Assembly (NCBI GenBank): GCA_046485285.1
Contig: JAWOHE010000013.1
Span: 1-27,638 of the forward strand
From: a bacterium
GTDB lineage: Bacteria > Hydrothermota > Tepidihabitantia > Tepidihabitantales > Tepidihabitantaceae
Direction: 5' to 3'
Length of the DNA: 27,638 nt
Shown: piece after piece, positions 1-8,830 of the stretch
Layout of the letters: every line of letters starts with the position of its first letter
Numbering within the stretch: position 1 is the stretch's first letter
Notes under the pieces: generated by a model
Databases searched by the model: none
Seen by the model: only the letters and a program-made list of their open reading frames with translations
Told to the model about the DNA's origin: nothing
Program-made: the position numbers and the translations under genes

Positions 1-130
1 ACACCTCGTAGTAGCGGGCGGTCGGCTTGATGCCCTGCTTGAGAGCCAGCATGACCAGGCTATGGCGAATCTCGTACTTCACGGCCGGGTCTTTACTTCT
101 GACCATGGCGTAATAAGCTATTGGCGGCAT
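1..130 (-). CDS. Partial (5' end) helix-turn-helix transposase-like protein, running off the window edge
   Basis: Hand translation MPPIAYYAMVRSKDPAVKYEIRHSLVMLALKQGIKPTARYYEV..., with SD-like GAAAGGTGGA upstream. 'GIKPTARYY' resembles the N-terminal HTH of IS481-like transposases. GC is lower than in the flanks. Confidence 0.5.
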   Translation of the reverse strand, partial: MPPIAYYAMVRSKDPAVKYEIRHSLVMLALKQGIKPTARYYEV

Positions 131-325
131 CGGTTCCACCTTTCTGGCGCTTCTGTTTGGCCACATAAGCATAACCAGAATGGCCGTGAACTCGATGCCT
201 CATCTCGTCTCCACCCGGAGCCGTATCGCTCGCACCTCTCCTCTCAGCATTGCCCAGTCTTTCGGCGGAATGCCCGCCGACCTCGCGGCCGTCCGCAGGG
301 GATCACCATGTGCCCGGGCTAGAAC
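1..325 (-). mobile_element. Possible left end of an IS element
   Basis: Transposase-like N-terminus, an imperfect inverted repeat at 142-180, and a candidate terminal sequence (minus strand GTTCTAGCCCGGGCACATGGTGATC ending near 325). The boundary is uncertain. Confidence 0.3.
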
Positions 326-403
326 TAACCCGTATGGCGCGGGGCCGGGCCGTGCCGCCCGCCCCTCTTCCGTGCCGCAAGACGGACAGCCGGTCGCCCG
401 TGG

Positions 404-431
404 TTGCGCGGGCCGGCCGGGCCGATAGGAT
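404..431 (+). promoter_or_regulatory. sigma70-type promoter, probably leaderless
   Basis: TTGCGC-16-TAGGAT, with ATG at 438 six nt downstream and no SD. Confidence 0.45.
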
Positions 432-437
432 GATGGT

Positions 438-887
438 ATGAGAGCCGACTTGCTGTTCGTGGCCGGCCTGCTCGTCGCCGGCTGTTGCCTGACCTGCTGT
501 CGCCGCACGAAAGCCGCTGACATCGCCTCCGCGCCCGAGGCCGCGCTGATTGACGGCCGGACCCTCCGTCCCCGCGCCGAGCTCTGGCGCGACTTCCAGC
601 CGGTCGCCCCGCCCGACGGCCAGCCGATGATGGCGATTGCCGGCCTCGTCGCGGACGACGACCTGCCCCTGCCCGAGGACATCACCATCGACCGGCTCTG
701 GGTCCTCAACGGCGATGAGCAGTGGGCGCCGAAGCCCGCCGCCGGGGCCGATCGGCTCACCGTCCACGCCGCCGACGGGCCGAAGTGGGGACCGGGCATC
801 AGCGTCGATGTCGTCCTGCGCATCGCGCGCGGGAAGCAGACCTGGCTGGTTCGCGCCCCGGGCGTGCCGATTAAGCGGACCGACTGA
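438..887 (+). CDS. Exported or lipoprotein-like hypothetical protein
   Basis: Signal-peptide-like N-terminus with LVAGC, globular-looking sequence (LWRDFQP, GPKWGPG), GC3-rich codons. Confidence 0.75.
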   Translation: MRADLLFVAGLLVAGCCLTCCRRTKAADIASAPEAALIDGRTLRPRAELWRDFQPVAPPDGQPMMAIAGLVADDDLPLPEDITIDRLWVLNGDEQWAPKPAAGADRLTVHAADGPKWGPGISVDVVLRIARGKQTWLVRAPGVPIKRTD

Positions 888-898
888 AGACCGGTCCG

Positions 899-1264
899 CT
901 ACTTCGCCTGTGGGTCGTCCTGCATCAGGCCGAACCGGTTGCCGTCCGGCCCTTCGAACGCCGCGTACCAGCCGACGCCCGGTATCGGGCCCCGGGGCTG
1001 GATGACCTTGCCGCCGTTTTCCTCGACCTTCCCGAGCGTCGCGTCGAGGTCCTCGGTGTCGAGCGTGTTCACGACCTGGGCCAGCGGCTCGCCCTGCGAC
1101 AGACCGCCGTCGATGCCCGGCTTCGCTGGGTCGCCGGTCATCACCAGCCAGTACTCCATCGGCCCGTCCCACTTCTGGAACGTCCAGCCGAAGACCTTGC
1201 CGTAGAACTCAACCGCCTTCCCGGGCTCGCGGGCCGAGATGTCGAAATGCACGACTCTGCCCAT
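899..1264 (-). CDS. VOC (glyoxalase/bleomycin resistance) family protein
   Basis: VVHFDI...AVEFYGKVFGW...GIDGG...GGKVI...IPGVGWYA.F..PDGNRFGL, with GGAGGTGA SD. Confidence 0.93.
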   Translation of the reverse strand: MGRVVHFDISAREPGKAVEFYGKVFGWTFQKWDGPMEYWLVMTGDPAKPGIDGGLSQGEPLAQVVNTLDTEDLDATLGKVEENGGKVIQPRGPIPGVGWYAAFEGPDGNRFGLMQDDPQAK

Positions 1265-1320
1265 CACTCACCTCCGCGTTTGCGGCCACCACACCGGCTT
1301 CCGGACTGCGCCAACCGGTC

Positions 1321-1349
1321 AGACTACCTGACCGACATTCAGGGGTCAA
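1321..1349 (-). promoter_or_regulatory. sigma70-type promoter for the VOC gene
   Basis: TTGACC-17-TAGTCT on the minus strand. Confidence 0.55.
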
Positions 1350-1420
1350 GCCGGCCGGTCCGGGCTGAATCTCCCGGCCGGTTCGCCGGGTCTGCCAATA
1401 GAGGACAAAAGGAGTTGTAT

Positions 1421-1654
1421 ATGCCTGTTGATTTGACTTGTCCGAACTGCGGCGAGCACAACCTGGATAACTGGCGCCGGGCACCCGAGCCCCGCGACTG
1501 CCGGATGTCCGACCTTGCCGAGGCCCACCGGCGCAGGAGCGCCGGCGAGGCCGACGCCGGCCGGGCCGAACCTGGCCGCGGCGCGGCCTGCGCCCCGGCT
1601 TCGATTGTCTGCCCGGCGTGCAACACCGAGCGGCCGGGCCCGGGCGACAACTGA
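1421..1654 (+). CDS. Small protein with two CxxC pairs (zinc-ribbon-like)
   Basis: AAGGAG SD before ATG 1421; MPVDLTCPNCG...VCPACNT; 77 aa. Confidence 0.6.
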   Translation: MPVDLTCPNCGEHNLDNWRRAPEPRDCRMSDLAEAHRRRSAGEADAGRAEPGRGAACAPASIVCPACNTERPGPGDN

Positions 1655-1674
1655 TTGCCGCCCGGCCGGCCGCC

Positions 1675-1703
1675 TTGACGCCCGGGCATGCCCGGACTAT
1701 ACT
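1675..1703 (+). promoter_or_regulatory. sigma70 promoter with palindromic spacer, leaderless
   Basis: TTGACG-17-TATACT. The spacer contains the perfect palindrome CCGGGCATGCCCGG. ATG at 1710. Confidence 0.7.
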
Positions 1704-1709
1704 GCATCG

Positions 1710-2342
1710 ATGGCCGGATGCGGAGCGTTCGTCACTGCCGCGCGGCTGACCCGGACCGCGCTGTTGCTCGCCGCGGTCCTCGGCGCGACCGCCTGCGAGG
1801 TGCCGAGCGTCACCGAGCCGGTCTATCTACCGCTCGCGGTCGGCAACCGCTGGGTGTACGAGGAGCGCGAGGACGGCGAGTCGTCCGGCGTCGCCGTCAT
1901 CGAGGTCGTCGCGCGAGAGGAGCCCGGGTTCCGGCTCGGCGTCGAGGCGGATAGCTCCCGATCCGCGCACGTCCGCTCGGTAGACAGCACCCTCTACCTG
2001 CGGCCGGCGGGCCGCAACGAATGGCGCACGATGCTCTCCGACGACCCGGCGAGGCGCTGCACCGAGGTGATGCTGGTCGGCACCGGCGGCGACTATCGCT
2101 CCGAGTACATCGGCTGGTTCTCGAGCGGGGCGAATCACTACCGGGACTGCCAGGCCCTGCAGTGCCGGAGCAGCGGCTTCGCCTTCCTGTTCGGCTGGTC
2201 AAACTGGCGCCACGAGGTCTACGCCCCTTCGGTCGGGCTGGTCTACTACGCGGACTCGACCGGCTTCTGGTCCTTCTTCTTCGGCAGTTCCTGGTCGAGG
2301 ACCGAGTGGTTCCTCCGGGACCGCTCGATTGCCGACCGCTAG
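1710..2342 (+). CDS. Putative lipoprotein, hypothetical
   Basis: Lipobox-like LGATAC, then YLPLAVGNRWVY and C-terminal EVYAPSVGLV. Start chosen from the promoter position. Confidence 0.75.
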   Translation: MAGCGAFVTAARLTRTALLLAAVLGATACEVPSVTEPVYLPLAVGNRWVYEEREDGESSGVAVIEVVAREEPGFRLGVEADSSRSAHVRSVDSTLYLRPAGRNEWRTMLSDDPARRCTEVMLVGTGGDYRSEYIGWFSSGANHYRDCQALQCRSSGFAFLFGWSNWRHEVYAPSVGLVYYADSTGFWSFFFGSSWSRTEWFLRDRSIADR

Positions 2343-2362
2343 CCGGCCCGGGGAACGCGGGA

Positions 2363-3001
2363 CTACCGGTCGGGCGGTTCCGGGCCGCCGGGGAAGCCCG
2401 GCCCGAGTCCCTCGACGAAGAACCCGAGTGACAGCGCCAGCGGGAGGCCAACGCCGGGCAGGTCGGCGTTGACCGGCGCCGAGGTCGTCACCGTCAGCGC
2501 GAGCCGACCGGCGAGTCGCCGGGAGAGCCGGAAGTGTCGGACGCCCGCGACACTAAGCCCCCGGTCCCCGACCCCGAATGCCGCGGTGGTCATCCTCTCG
2601 ACGTCCCAGAGCCAGAACAGGTCGGCGAGCAACGGCCAGCCGAACGTCAGCCGAAGCGAGCTGTCGTCATTCAGCCTGACCTTCGCCCCGACCTCGCCGC
2701 CCCAGGGATAGACCTGCCTCGCCGGTCGGGCCAGGACCCGCGCCTGGCCGCCCCAGGCCTGCGCGTGCCACCAGACCCGGTTGCCGCCCCCGCCGATCCG
2801 CGCGAGCGCGCCCGGCCCGATGGTGCGGTAGGTCCAGAGGTACGGGTCGGTCCAGTGCCCGGCTGCGCCGTAGATGCCGCCGCAGGCGGTGAGGCCGTCG
2901 GGCGGCACCGCCCGCTCCGGCAGAATCGGCGCGTTCCCCGCGCGCGACAGTCCGGCCGACACCGCCAGCAACAAGGCCAGCCAGGCTGTTCGTCGTGGCA
3001 T
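2363..3001 (-). CDS. Secreted hypothetical protein, possibly beta-rich outer-membrane
   Basis: Signal peptide, GGAG SD, Gly/aromatic-rich amphipathic strands. Confidence 0.65.
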   Translation of the reverse strand: MPRRTAWLALLLAVSAGLSRAGNAPILPERAVPPDGLTACGGIYGAAGHWTDPYLWTYRTIGPGALARIGGGGNRVWWHAQAWGGQARVLARPARQVYPWGGEVGAKVRLNDDSSLRLTFGWPLLADLFWLWDVERMTTAAFGVGDRGLSVAGVRHFRLSRRLAGRLALTVTTSAPVNADLPGVGLPLALSLGFFVEGLGPGFPGGPEPPDR

Positions 3002-3020
3002 CTTTGCTCCGGTCGTCCTC

Positions 3021-3048
3021 AGTATGATGCCGCACCCCGCGCTGTCAA
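3021..3048 (-). promoter_or_regulatory. sigma70 promoter (divergent pair, leftward)
   Basis: TTGACA-16-CATACT. Confidence 0.6.
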
Positions 3049-3057
3049 GGGTCGGGC

Positions 3058-3086
3058 TTGCCTCCGGCCCGTTCCGGACGTATCAT
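3058..3086 (+). promoter_or_regulatory. sigma70 promoter (divergent pair, rightward)
   Basis: TTGCCT-17-TATCAT, ATG at 3095. Confidence 0.5.
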
Positions 3087-3094
3087 CGGCCGAG

Positions 3095-3961
3095 ATGGCC
3101 GGCTTCCCGGGCAGCGCCGCGGCCGCGGGCAGCGGAGGACTGCCCGGCTGGGCGGAAGTCGCGCTCGTCGCCTTCACCGCCGCGGCCGTCCTCTTCATCA
3201 CCCGCCGGTTCGAGTTCGTCGGCCTGACCGCGGTCCCGCTCGCCGGGTTCTTCGTCCTGCGCGACGTGCCCGCCCCGGGCCTGCGCTGGCCGGTCGTCGG
3301 CGTCCTCGTCGCCCTGGCCGCGGTCGCCGCGTGGTCCGCGGCCCGCCATCGGCTCTTCGCCCGCACCGACCGCACCCGCGAGCAGGTCAAGCTCTGGCGG
3401 TTCCTCATCCGGCCCGCGGCGATGGCCTTCCCGGCCCTGCTCTTCATCTGGAGCCGGGTCGGCACCGTCATCCTGCTCGCGGCGGTGACCGCCGCCTTCC
3501 TCGCGCTCGACCTGACCCGGCTCTCGGCCGGCCGGGTCAACCGCTGTCTCTTCCGCCGCGCCTCGGGCGCCTTCAAGACCCGGGAGCGCGACCGGCTCTC
3601 CTCGATGACGCTCTTCCTGGTCGCCGCGCTCCTCGTCACCCTCGTCTTCAGCCGCGCGGTCGCGCTCTACGCGGTCGCCTATATGGTGTTTGGCGACTTC
3701 GCGGCCAAGTTCTTCGGGCTCTGGTTCGGCCGGACCCGGCTCTTCTCGAAGACCGTCGAGGGCACGCTCGGCCACCTCGTCGCCTGCCTGTCGGTCGGCG
3801 CGGTCCTCGCCGGGTTCGTGCCCCTGCCCCTGCCCGCCGTCGCGCTGGCCGCGGTCGTCGCGACCGGGGCCGAGGCCCTGCCCATCGACGTCGACGACAA
3901 CCTGACCGTCGGCGTCTCGGCCGCGGCCGCCCTGCACTTCCTCGCCCGGCTGTTCGGCTGA
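3095..3961 (+). CDS. CTP-dependent polyprenol/diacylglycerol kinase family membrane protein (SEC59/DGK1/VTE5-like)
   Basis: Multi-TM protein with FGDFAAKFFG..FGR, KTVEGTLG and DDNLTV motifs. The upstream part of the 2534 ORF is shadow of the opposite-strand gene. Confidence 0.85.
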   Translation: MAGFPGSAAAAGSGGLPGWAEVALVAFTAAAVLFITRRFEFVGLTAVPLAGFFVLRDVPAPGLRWPVVGVLVALAAVAAWSAARHRLFARTDRTREQVKLWRFLIRPAAMAFPALLFIWSRVGTVILLAAVTAAFLALDLTRLSAGRVNRCLFRRASGAFKTRERDRLSSMTLFLVAALLVTLVFSRAVALYAVAYMVFGDFAAKFFGLWFGRTRLFSKTVEGTLGHLVACLSVGAVLAGFVPLPLPAVALAAVVATGAEALPIDVDDNLTVGVSAAAALHFLARLFG

Positions 3962-3977
3962 CGCCCGGCCTTCAAAG

Positions 3978-4003
3978 CGAAGGCGGCCCTTGGGCCGCCT
4001 TCG
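3978..4003. terminator. GC-rich hairpin between convergent genes
   Basis: CGAAGGCGGCC-CTTG-GGCCGCCTTCG perfect inverted repeat. Confidence 0.65.
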
Positions 4004-4022
4004 AGGGTGTGCAGGCCTTGCG

Positions 4023-5678
4023 CTATTCAGCCGGCATCGCGCATTCCGGGTCCGGCCCGAGGAACGAGTACCGGCCCTGCATTTCCTTGCGCCGGTAGTC
4101 GGGCAGGAGCATCGGCGACCGCCGCGAGCGCGGCACCTTCGCCGCCTTGAGCTCTTCCTTGAACGCAGCGACGTGCGCGAGGCCCGGCTCGGGCGCCGCC
4201 TTCATCGCCTTCGCCGCCTCGGCCGCGGCCTTGCCCGCCCGGCGGCCGTACACGAGGATGTCGAGGAGCGAGTTGCCCATCAGCCGGTTGCGGCCGTGGA
4301 TGCCGCCGACGTTCTCGCCCGCGCCGTAGAGTCCCTTGACCCCGGTCGCGCCCTGGTCGTCGACGAGGATGCCGCCGTTCTGGTAGTGCTGGGTCGGGTA
4401 GGTCAGCACCGGCTCCTTGTCCATCTCGATGCCGTAGCGCGCGAACTGGTGGAACATCGCCGGCAGGCCGGCGCGCACCGCGCCCGTGCCCTTGATGACG
4501 TCGATGAGCGGCGAGTCGAGCCAGACGCCGGCCGAGCCGGTCGGGGTCGCGATGCCCCGGCCCTCGCGGCACTCGCGGATGATCGCCGAGGCGGTGATGT
4601 CGCGGCTCTCGAGCTCGTAGATGAACCGGTTGCCCTCGCTGTTGACGAGCTGGGCGCCGAGCCCCCGGACCTTCTCGGTTATCAGCAGGCCGAGGATCTG
4701 CTCCGGGTAAGCGACCCCGGTCGGGTGGTACTGGATCGTGTCCATGAACGCGAGCTTAGCCCCTGCCCGGTAGGCGAGCACCAGCCCGTCCGCGGTCGCG
4801 CCGTAGTGGTTGGTGCAGGGGAAACCCTGAATGTGAAGCCGGCCACAGCCGCCGGTCGCCAGGATGACCGTCTTCGCCCGGATGACCCGGCGCTGGCCGG
4901 TCTCGAGGTTGACGATGACCGCGCCCGCGCCCGCGCCCCCGGGCCCGGTCAGTAGTTCGACCGCGGCCGCGAACTCGATCGTCGGCACGGCGTGGTTGAT
5001 GAGCTCGTCGCGCAGGACGCGCATTATCTCCGCGCCGGTGTAGTCGCGCGCCGCGTGCATCCGCTTGCGCTGGGTGCCGCCGCCGTGGATCGTTATCATC
5101 GTGCCGTCGGGCTCCTTGTCGAACATCACCCCCAGCTCCTCGAGCCAGGCGATGACCCCGGGCGCGTCCATCACCAGCGCCCGGGCGAGCTCCGGCACGT
5201 TCTTGAAGTGCCCGCCGCCGAGGACGTCGAGGTAGTGACGGGCGGGCGAGTCGTGGGCCTTGTCCGCGGCCTGAATGCCGCCCTGCGCCATCCGGGTGTT
5301 GGCGTCGCCGACCCTGAGCTTGGTGACGAGCAGGACGTCGGCGCCCTCGGCCTGGGCGACGAGCGCGGCCGCGACCCCGGCCCCGCCGCCGCCGATGACG
5401 AGCACGTCGCAATCCCGGTCCGGGTGGGCAAGGTCGATGTTCTTCGCCTCGATGACCGGCCACGCCTGGAGCACCTTCGCCAGCTCGTGCGGCGTGCGGT
5501 CGCCCTTGTTCGGGCCGAGAACGAGCTGCTCCATCGACTCCTCGATGTAGTCGGGGTGGAAACCCCTGAGCAGTTCCTTCTTCTGGTCGGCGGTCCGCAT
5601 CGGGAACTTCTGGTCGATGCGCGCCTTGCGCGTCTCCTCGAGCCGCCTGATGCTCGCCTGCATGCTCTCGGGGTACAT
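4023..5678 (-). CDS. Fumarate reductase/succinate dehydrogenase flavoprotein-like subunit
   Basis: DVLVIGGGGAG, AQGG, QYHPTG, TEKVRG.G, SRD, HYQNGG, HGRNRLMGNSL. AGGAGG SD before ATG 5678. Confidence 0.9.
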   Translation of the reverse strand: MYPESMQASIRRLEETRKARIDQKFPMRTADQKKELLRGFHPDYIEESMEQLVLGPNKGDRTPHELAKVLQAWPVIEAKNIDLAHPDRDCDVLVIGGGGAGVAAALVAQAEGADVLLVTKLRVGDANTRMAQGGIQAADKAHDSPARHYLDVLGGGHFKNVPELARALVMDAPGVIAWLEELGVMFDKEPDGTMITIHGGGTQRKRMHAARDYTGAEIMRVLRDELINHAVPTIEFAAAVELLTGPGGAGAGAVIVNLETGQRRVIRAKTVILATGGCGRLHIQGFPCTNHYGATADGLVLAYRAGAKLAFMDTIQYHPTGVAYPEQILGLLITEKVRGLGAQLVNSEGNRFIYELESRDITASAIIRECREGRGIATPTGSAGVWLDSPLIDVIKGTGAVRAGLPAMFHQFARYGIEMDKEPVLTYPTQHYQNGGILVDDQGATGVKGLYGAGENVGGIHGRNRLMGNSLLDILVYGRRAGKAAAEAAKAMKAAPEPGLAHVAAFKEELKAAKVPRSRRSPMLLPDYRRKEMQGRYSFLGPDPECAMPAE

Positions 5679-5686
5679 CATTCCTC

Positions 5687-6421
5687 CTACGGCTCGATGT
5701 CGCGGACCTTCTTGTCGTAGAAGCGCTCCGAGAGCTCGGGCTCGGACAGCTTCATCAGCTCCTCGACCTCGGGCAGGCACTTGCCGGCCGCGATTTCAGC
5801 GACCCGGGCCGCGAGGTGCGGCGCGCGGGGCCGGAGCTTCGCCCCGACGATGCGCCGGGCGAGCAGGGCGACGTTGTAGTGGACGATTTCCGCCGGGCAG
5901 CGGCTGGCACACAGGCCGCACATGATGCAGTCGAAGCTCATGTCCGCGACCGCCTCGTGGTCGCCCCGGATCGCCGCGTTGATGTAGCCCATCACGTCGA
6001 TGTCCTGCGGGCAGATGCGCGTGCAGGAATTGCAGGATATGCAGCGCATCACCTCCGGGTAGTGGCGCACGAGCGTCTGGGTCGTCGGCTCGAGCCCGGC
6101 GATGTCGTACTTCGCCTTGTTCGCCGGGTAGAACGGGAGCTGGGTCAGGTACATCCCGTCCTCGATGACCGTCTGGCAGGCGAGACCGACCTTGACCTTG
6201 TAAGAGCTCTCGAGCCGGTAGATCGTGCCGCAGGCGCCGCAGAACCCGCCCCGGCAGCCGCAGCCGCGGATGAACTGGTAGCCGGCGTACTCCATCGCCT
6301 TCATAATCGTCAGGCCGGCCGGCACCCGGTAGGCCTTGCCCATCACGTAGATCGTGACGAGGTCCGGCCGCGCCTCGGGCTCCCGGACCGCGGTGTCGCC
6401 GGGCTTCTTGCTCTTTGCCAT
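5687..6421 (-). CDS. FrdB/SdhB-like iron-sulfur subunit (2Fe-2S plus 2x4Fe-4S)
   Basis: CRGGFCGAC...LACQT, CISCNSCTRICP, CIMCGLCASRCP. TGATG overlap with the upstream gene. Confidence 0.88.
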   Translation of the reverse strand: MAKSKKPGDTAVREPEARPDLVTIYVMGKAYRVPAGLTIMKAMEYAGYQFIRGCGCRGGFCGACGTIYRLESSYKVKVGLACQTVIEDGMYLTQLPFYPANKAKYDIAGLEPTTQTLVRHYPEVMRCISCNSCTRICPQDIDVMGYINAAIRGDHEAVADMSFDCIMCGLCASRCPAEIVHYNVALLARRIVGAKLRPRAPHLAARVAEIAAGKCLPEVEELMKLSEPELSERFYDKKVRDIEP

Positions 6422-6978
6422 CACTCTTCCTTCCGGTACCTGGCCACGCCCTCGTCGTAGAGGTCCCGGCCGCTCGGGTCGTTGACAACGATGGCCGGGA
6501 AGTCCTCGACCTCGAGCTCGCGGACCGCCTCCGGCCCGAGCTCGTCGTAGGCGATGACCTTCGCCGCCTTGATGCTCCTCGAGATGAGCGCCGCCGCGCC
6601 GCCGACCGCCGCGAAGTACACCGCCCGGTACTGCCTGATGGCGTCAAGCACCGGCTGGGTGCGGTTGCCCTTGCCGATCATTCCCTTGAGGCCGCGGGCG
6701 AGTAGCGTCGGCGTGTACTTGTCCATCCGGTAGCTGGTCGTCGGCCCGGCCGAGCCGATCGGCCGGCCGGGCGGCGCCGGTGACGGCCCGACATAGTAGA
6801 TGATCGCGCCCTCGAGGTCGAAGGGCGGCTTCTCGCCCTTCTCGAGCGTCTCGACCAGCCGCGCGTGGGCGAGGTCGCGGCCTGTGTAAATCCTGCCGGT
6901 AATCAGCACCGCGTCGCCGGCCGCGAGGCCCGCGATGGTCTCGTCGGTCAGCGGGGTCCGGATTCGCTTGGCTGCCAT
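6421..6978 (-). CDS. Class I fumarate hydratase (Fe-S hydro-lyase), beta subunit
   Basis: TGRDLAH, YYVGP, GPTTSYRMD, MIGKG, GGAAAL, LGPEA. Confidence 0.93.
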   Translation of the reverse strand: MAAKRIRTPLTDETIAGLAAGDAVLITGRIYTGRDLAHARLVETLEKGEKPPFDLEGAIIYYVGPSPAPPGRPIGSAGPTTSYRMDKYTPTLLARGLKGMIGKGNRTQPVLDAIRQYRAVYFAAVGGAAALISRSIKAAKVIAYDELGPEAVRELEVEDFPAIVVNDPSGRDLYDEGVARYRKEE

Positions 6979-6990
6979 CTCGCGCCTCCG

Positions 6991-7833
6991 CTAGAGCGTC
7001 GCGGTCATGTGCCGGGCCGCGTGGCAGTTGATGTTCACCGCGCAGGGCATCGTCGCGATGTGGCACGGGAACGCCTCGATGAACACGGCCAGGGCGGTCA
7101 CCGAACCGCCAAGGCCCTGGGGACCGATGCCGAGCCGGTTGATCCGCTCGAGCAGGTCGGCCTCGAGCCGGGCGTAGAACGGGTCCGGGTGGACCGAGCC
7201 GACCTCGCGCAACAGCGCCCTCTTCGCCAGCATCGCGCACTTGTCGAACGGCCCGCCGATGCCGACGCCGACGAGGACCGGCGGACAGGGGTTTGCCTTC
7301 GACCGCGCGACCCGGTCAACGACGAACTTCCTGATGCCCTCTTCCCCGTCCGCGGCCGACAGCATCCGCACCTCGCTCATGTTCTCGCTGCCACCGCCCT
7401 TGGGCTGGACCGTCAGCTTGAGCCGGTCGCCGGGCACGATGTCGGTGTAGATCACCGCCGGGGTATTGTCGCCGGTGTTCTTGCGCCGCAGCGGGTCGGC
7501 GACGATGCTCTTGCGCAGGTAGCCGTCGGTGTAGCCCTTCGCGACGCCCTCGTTGATGGCGTCGGGAAGCTCCCCGCCGGCAACCCGGACCCCGGAGCCG
7601 AGCTCGACCCAGACCACTGCCCAGCCGGTGTCCTGGCAGGCCGGCAGGCGCTCGGCGCGGGCGATCTTCGTGTTCTCGACGATCTGGCCGAGGATCTCCC
7701 GCCCGGTCGGCGACTCCTCGACCGCGATGCTCTTCTCGAGCGCCGCGACGACGTCGGCCGGGATCTCGCAGTTGGCGTCAATGCACAGCCGGGCGACGGT
7801 GTCGCGGACGAGGTTGAAGGGGATCTCGCGCAA
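6991..7833 (-). CDS. Class I fumarate hydratase (Fe-S hydro-lyase), alpha subunit
   Basis: CQDTG, LRKSIV.DP, NTGDNTP, KGGGSEN, NPCPP, HIA, NCHAARH. TTG start with AAGGAG SD. Confidence 0.93.
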   Translation of the reverse strand: MREIPFNLVRDTVARLCIDANCEIPADVVAALEKSIAVEESPTGREILGQIVENTKIARAERLPACQDTGWAVVWVELGSGVRVAGGELPDAINEGVAKGYTDGYLRKSIVADPLRRKNTGDNTPAVIYTDIVPGDRLKLTVQPKGGGSENMSEVRMLSAADGEEGIRKFVVDRVARSKANPCPPVLVGVGIGGPFDKCAMLAKRALLREVGSVHPDPFYARLEADLLERINRLGIGPQGLGGSVTALAVFIEAFPCHIATMPCAVNINCHAARHMTATL

Positions 7834-7843
7834 CTCGACTCCT

Positions 7844-8500
7844 TTACAGCGCCTGGTCGAGGAGCCAGATTTCCGGCTCCTCGGGCAGCCGGTCGGCGTC
7901 CAACTCCACCTCGGCGGTGCCGGTGCGCGTGAGCCGGGCCTGGTCGGCCAGGAACTCGTCGACCGGCGCGATCTTGAAACCGAGCCTTGAGGTCTTGAAG
8001 TGCATCGGGACGATGACCCGGGCCTCGAGTTGGCGGGCGACCGTGTGGGCGCCGCGGGCGTCGAGCGTGTACACCCCGCCGACCGGGACGAGGATGACGT
8101 CGACCGCCCCGATTGCCGTGGCCAGGTCCGCGCCCAGCGCGTGGCCGAGGTCGCCGCAGTGGCAGACCCTGAGCCCGTCGGCCTCGAACACGTAGATCAC
8201 GTTCGCGCCGCGCTTGGCGCCGTTCTCGCCGTCGTGCCAGGAATGGAAACCCCGGACCGTGAACGCGCCGATGCTGAACTCGCCGGTGCCGTTGACCAGC
8301 CGCGGGTTGCCGGGCAGGGTCGCGAACCCGGCGTGGTCAGGGTGGTCGTGGCTGACCGTCACGCCGTCGGCCGGCTCGGTGATGCGGCCGTAGCCGAGCG
8401 CGCCGTCGTAGCTGCCGGCGACGTACGGGTCGGTCAGCAGCCGGGTGCCGTCAGCCGCGACCAGCAGGAAGGCCGAGTGGCCCAGCCACTTGAGCTTCAT
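7844..8500 (-). CDS. MBL-fold metallo-hydrolase
   Basis: WLGHSAF, DPY, SHDHPDH, HCGDLGH, PVGG, PMH. Confidence 0.92.
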   Translation of the reverse strand: MKLKWLGHSAFLLVAADGTRLLTDPYVAGSYDGALGYGRITEPADGVTVSHDHPDHAGFATLPGNPRLVNGTGEFSIGAFTVRGFHSWHDGENGAKRGANVIYVFEADGLRVCHCGDLGHALGADLATAIGAVDVILVPVGGVYTLDARGAHTVARQLEARVIVPMHFKTSRLGFKIAPVDEFLADQARLTRTGTAEVELDADRLPEEPEIWLLDQAL

Positions 8501-8507
8501 CGCGCGG

Positions 8508-8771
8508 TCAGTCGGTCCCGGCCGGCACGACCGTCACCCGCTGCTTGACGCGGCTGACGTACTCGAACTTGACCTTGCCGTCGGCGACCGCGTAGAGCGT
8601 GTCGTCCTTGGCGCGTCGGACGTTCGCGCCGGGCAGGAACTTCGTCCCGCGCTGGCGGACGATGATCCCGCCGGCCCGGATGCTCTCCGACGCATAGGCC
8701 TTGATGCCCAGGCGCTGGCCCTGGCTGTCGCGGCCGTTCTTGGCTGTGCCGCCGCCCTTCTTTTTCGACAT
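8508..8771 (-). CDS. rpmA: 50S ribosomal protein L27
   Basis: [24 protein letters not shown]...[14 protein letters not shown]...DDTLYA..DGKVKF, with AAGGAG SD. Confidence 0.97.
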   Translation of the reverse strand: MSKKKGGGTAKNGRDSQGQRLGIKAYASESIRAGGIIVRQRGTKFLPGANVRRAKDDTLYAVADGKVKFEYVSRVKQRVTVVPAGTD

Positions 8772-8830
8772 CAGGATTCTCCTTGATTGCGTGCTTTCAC
8801 AGCGTGCCCGAGGCACGATTTCAACCGGGA

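Noticed and set aside
2534-3094. N-terminal extension of the 475-aa ORF
   Set aside because: It overlaps the opposite-strand gene and the divergent promoters
4023-5678. L-aspartate oxidase (nadB) call
   Set aside because: The context is fumarase plus an Fe-S subunit, with no nadA or nadC nearby
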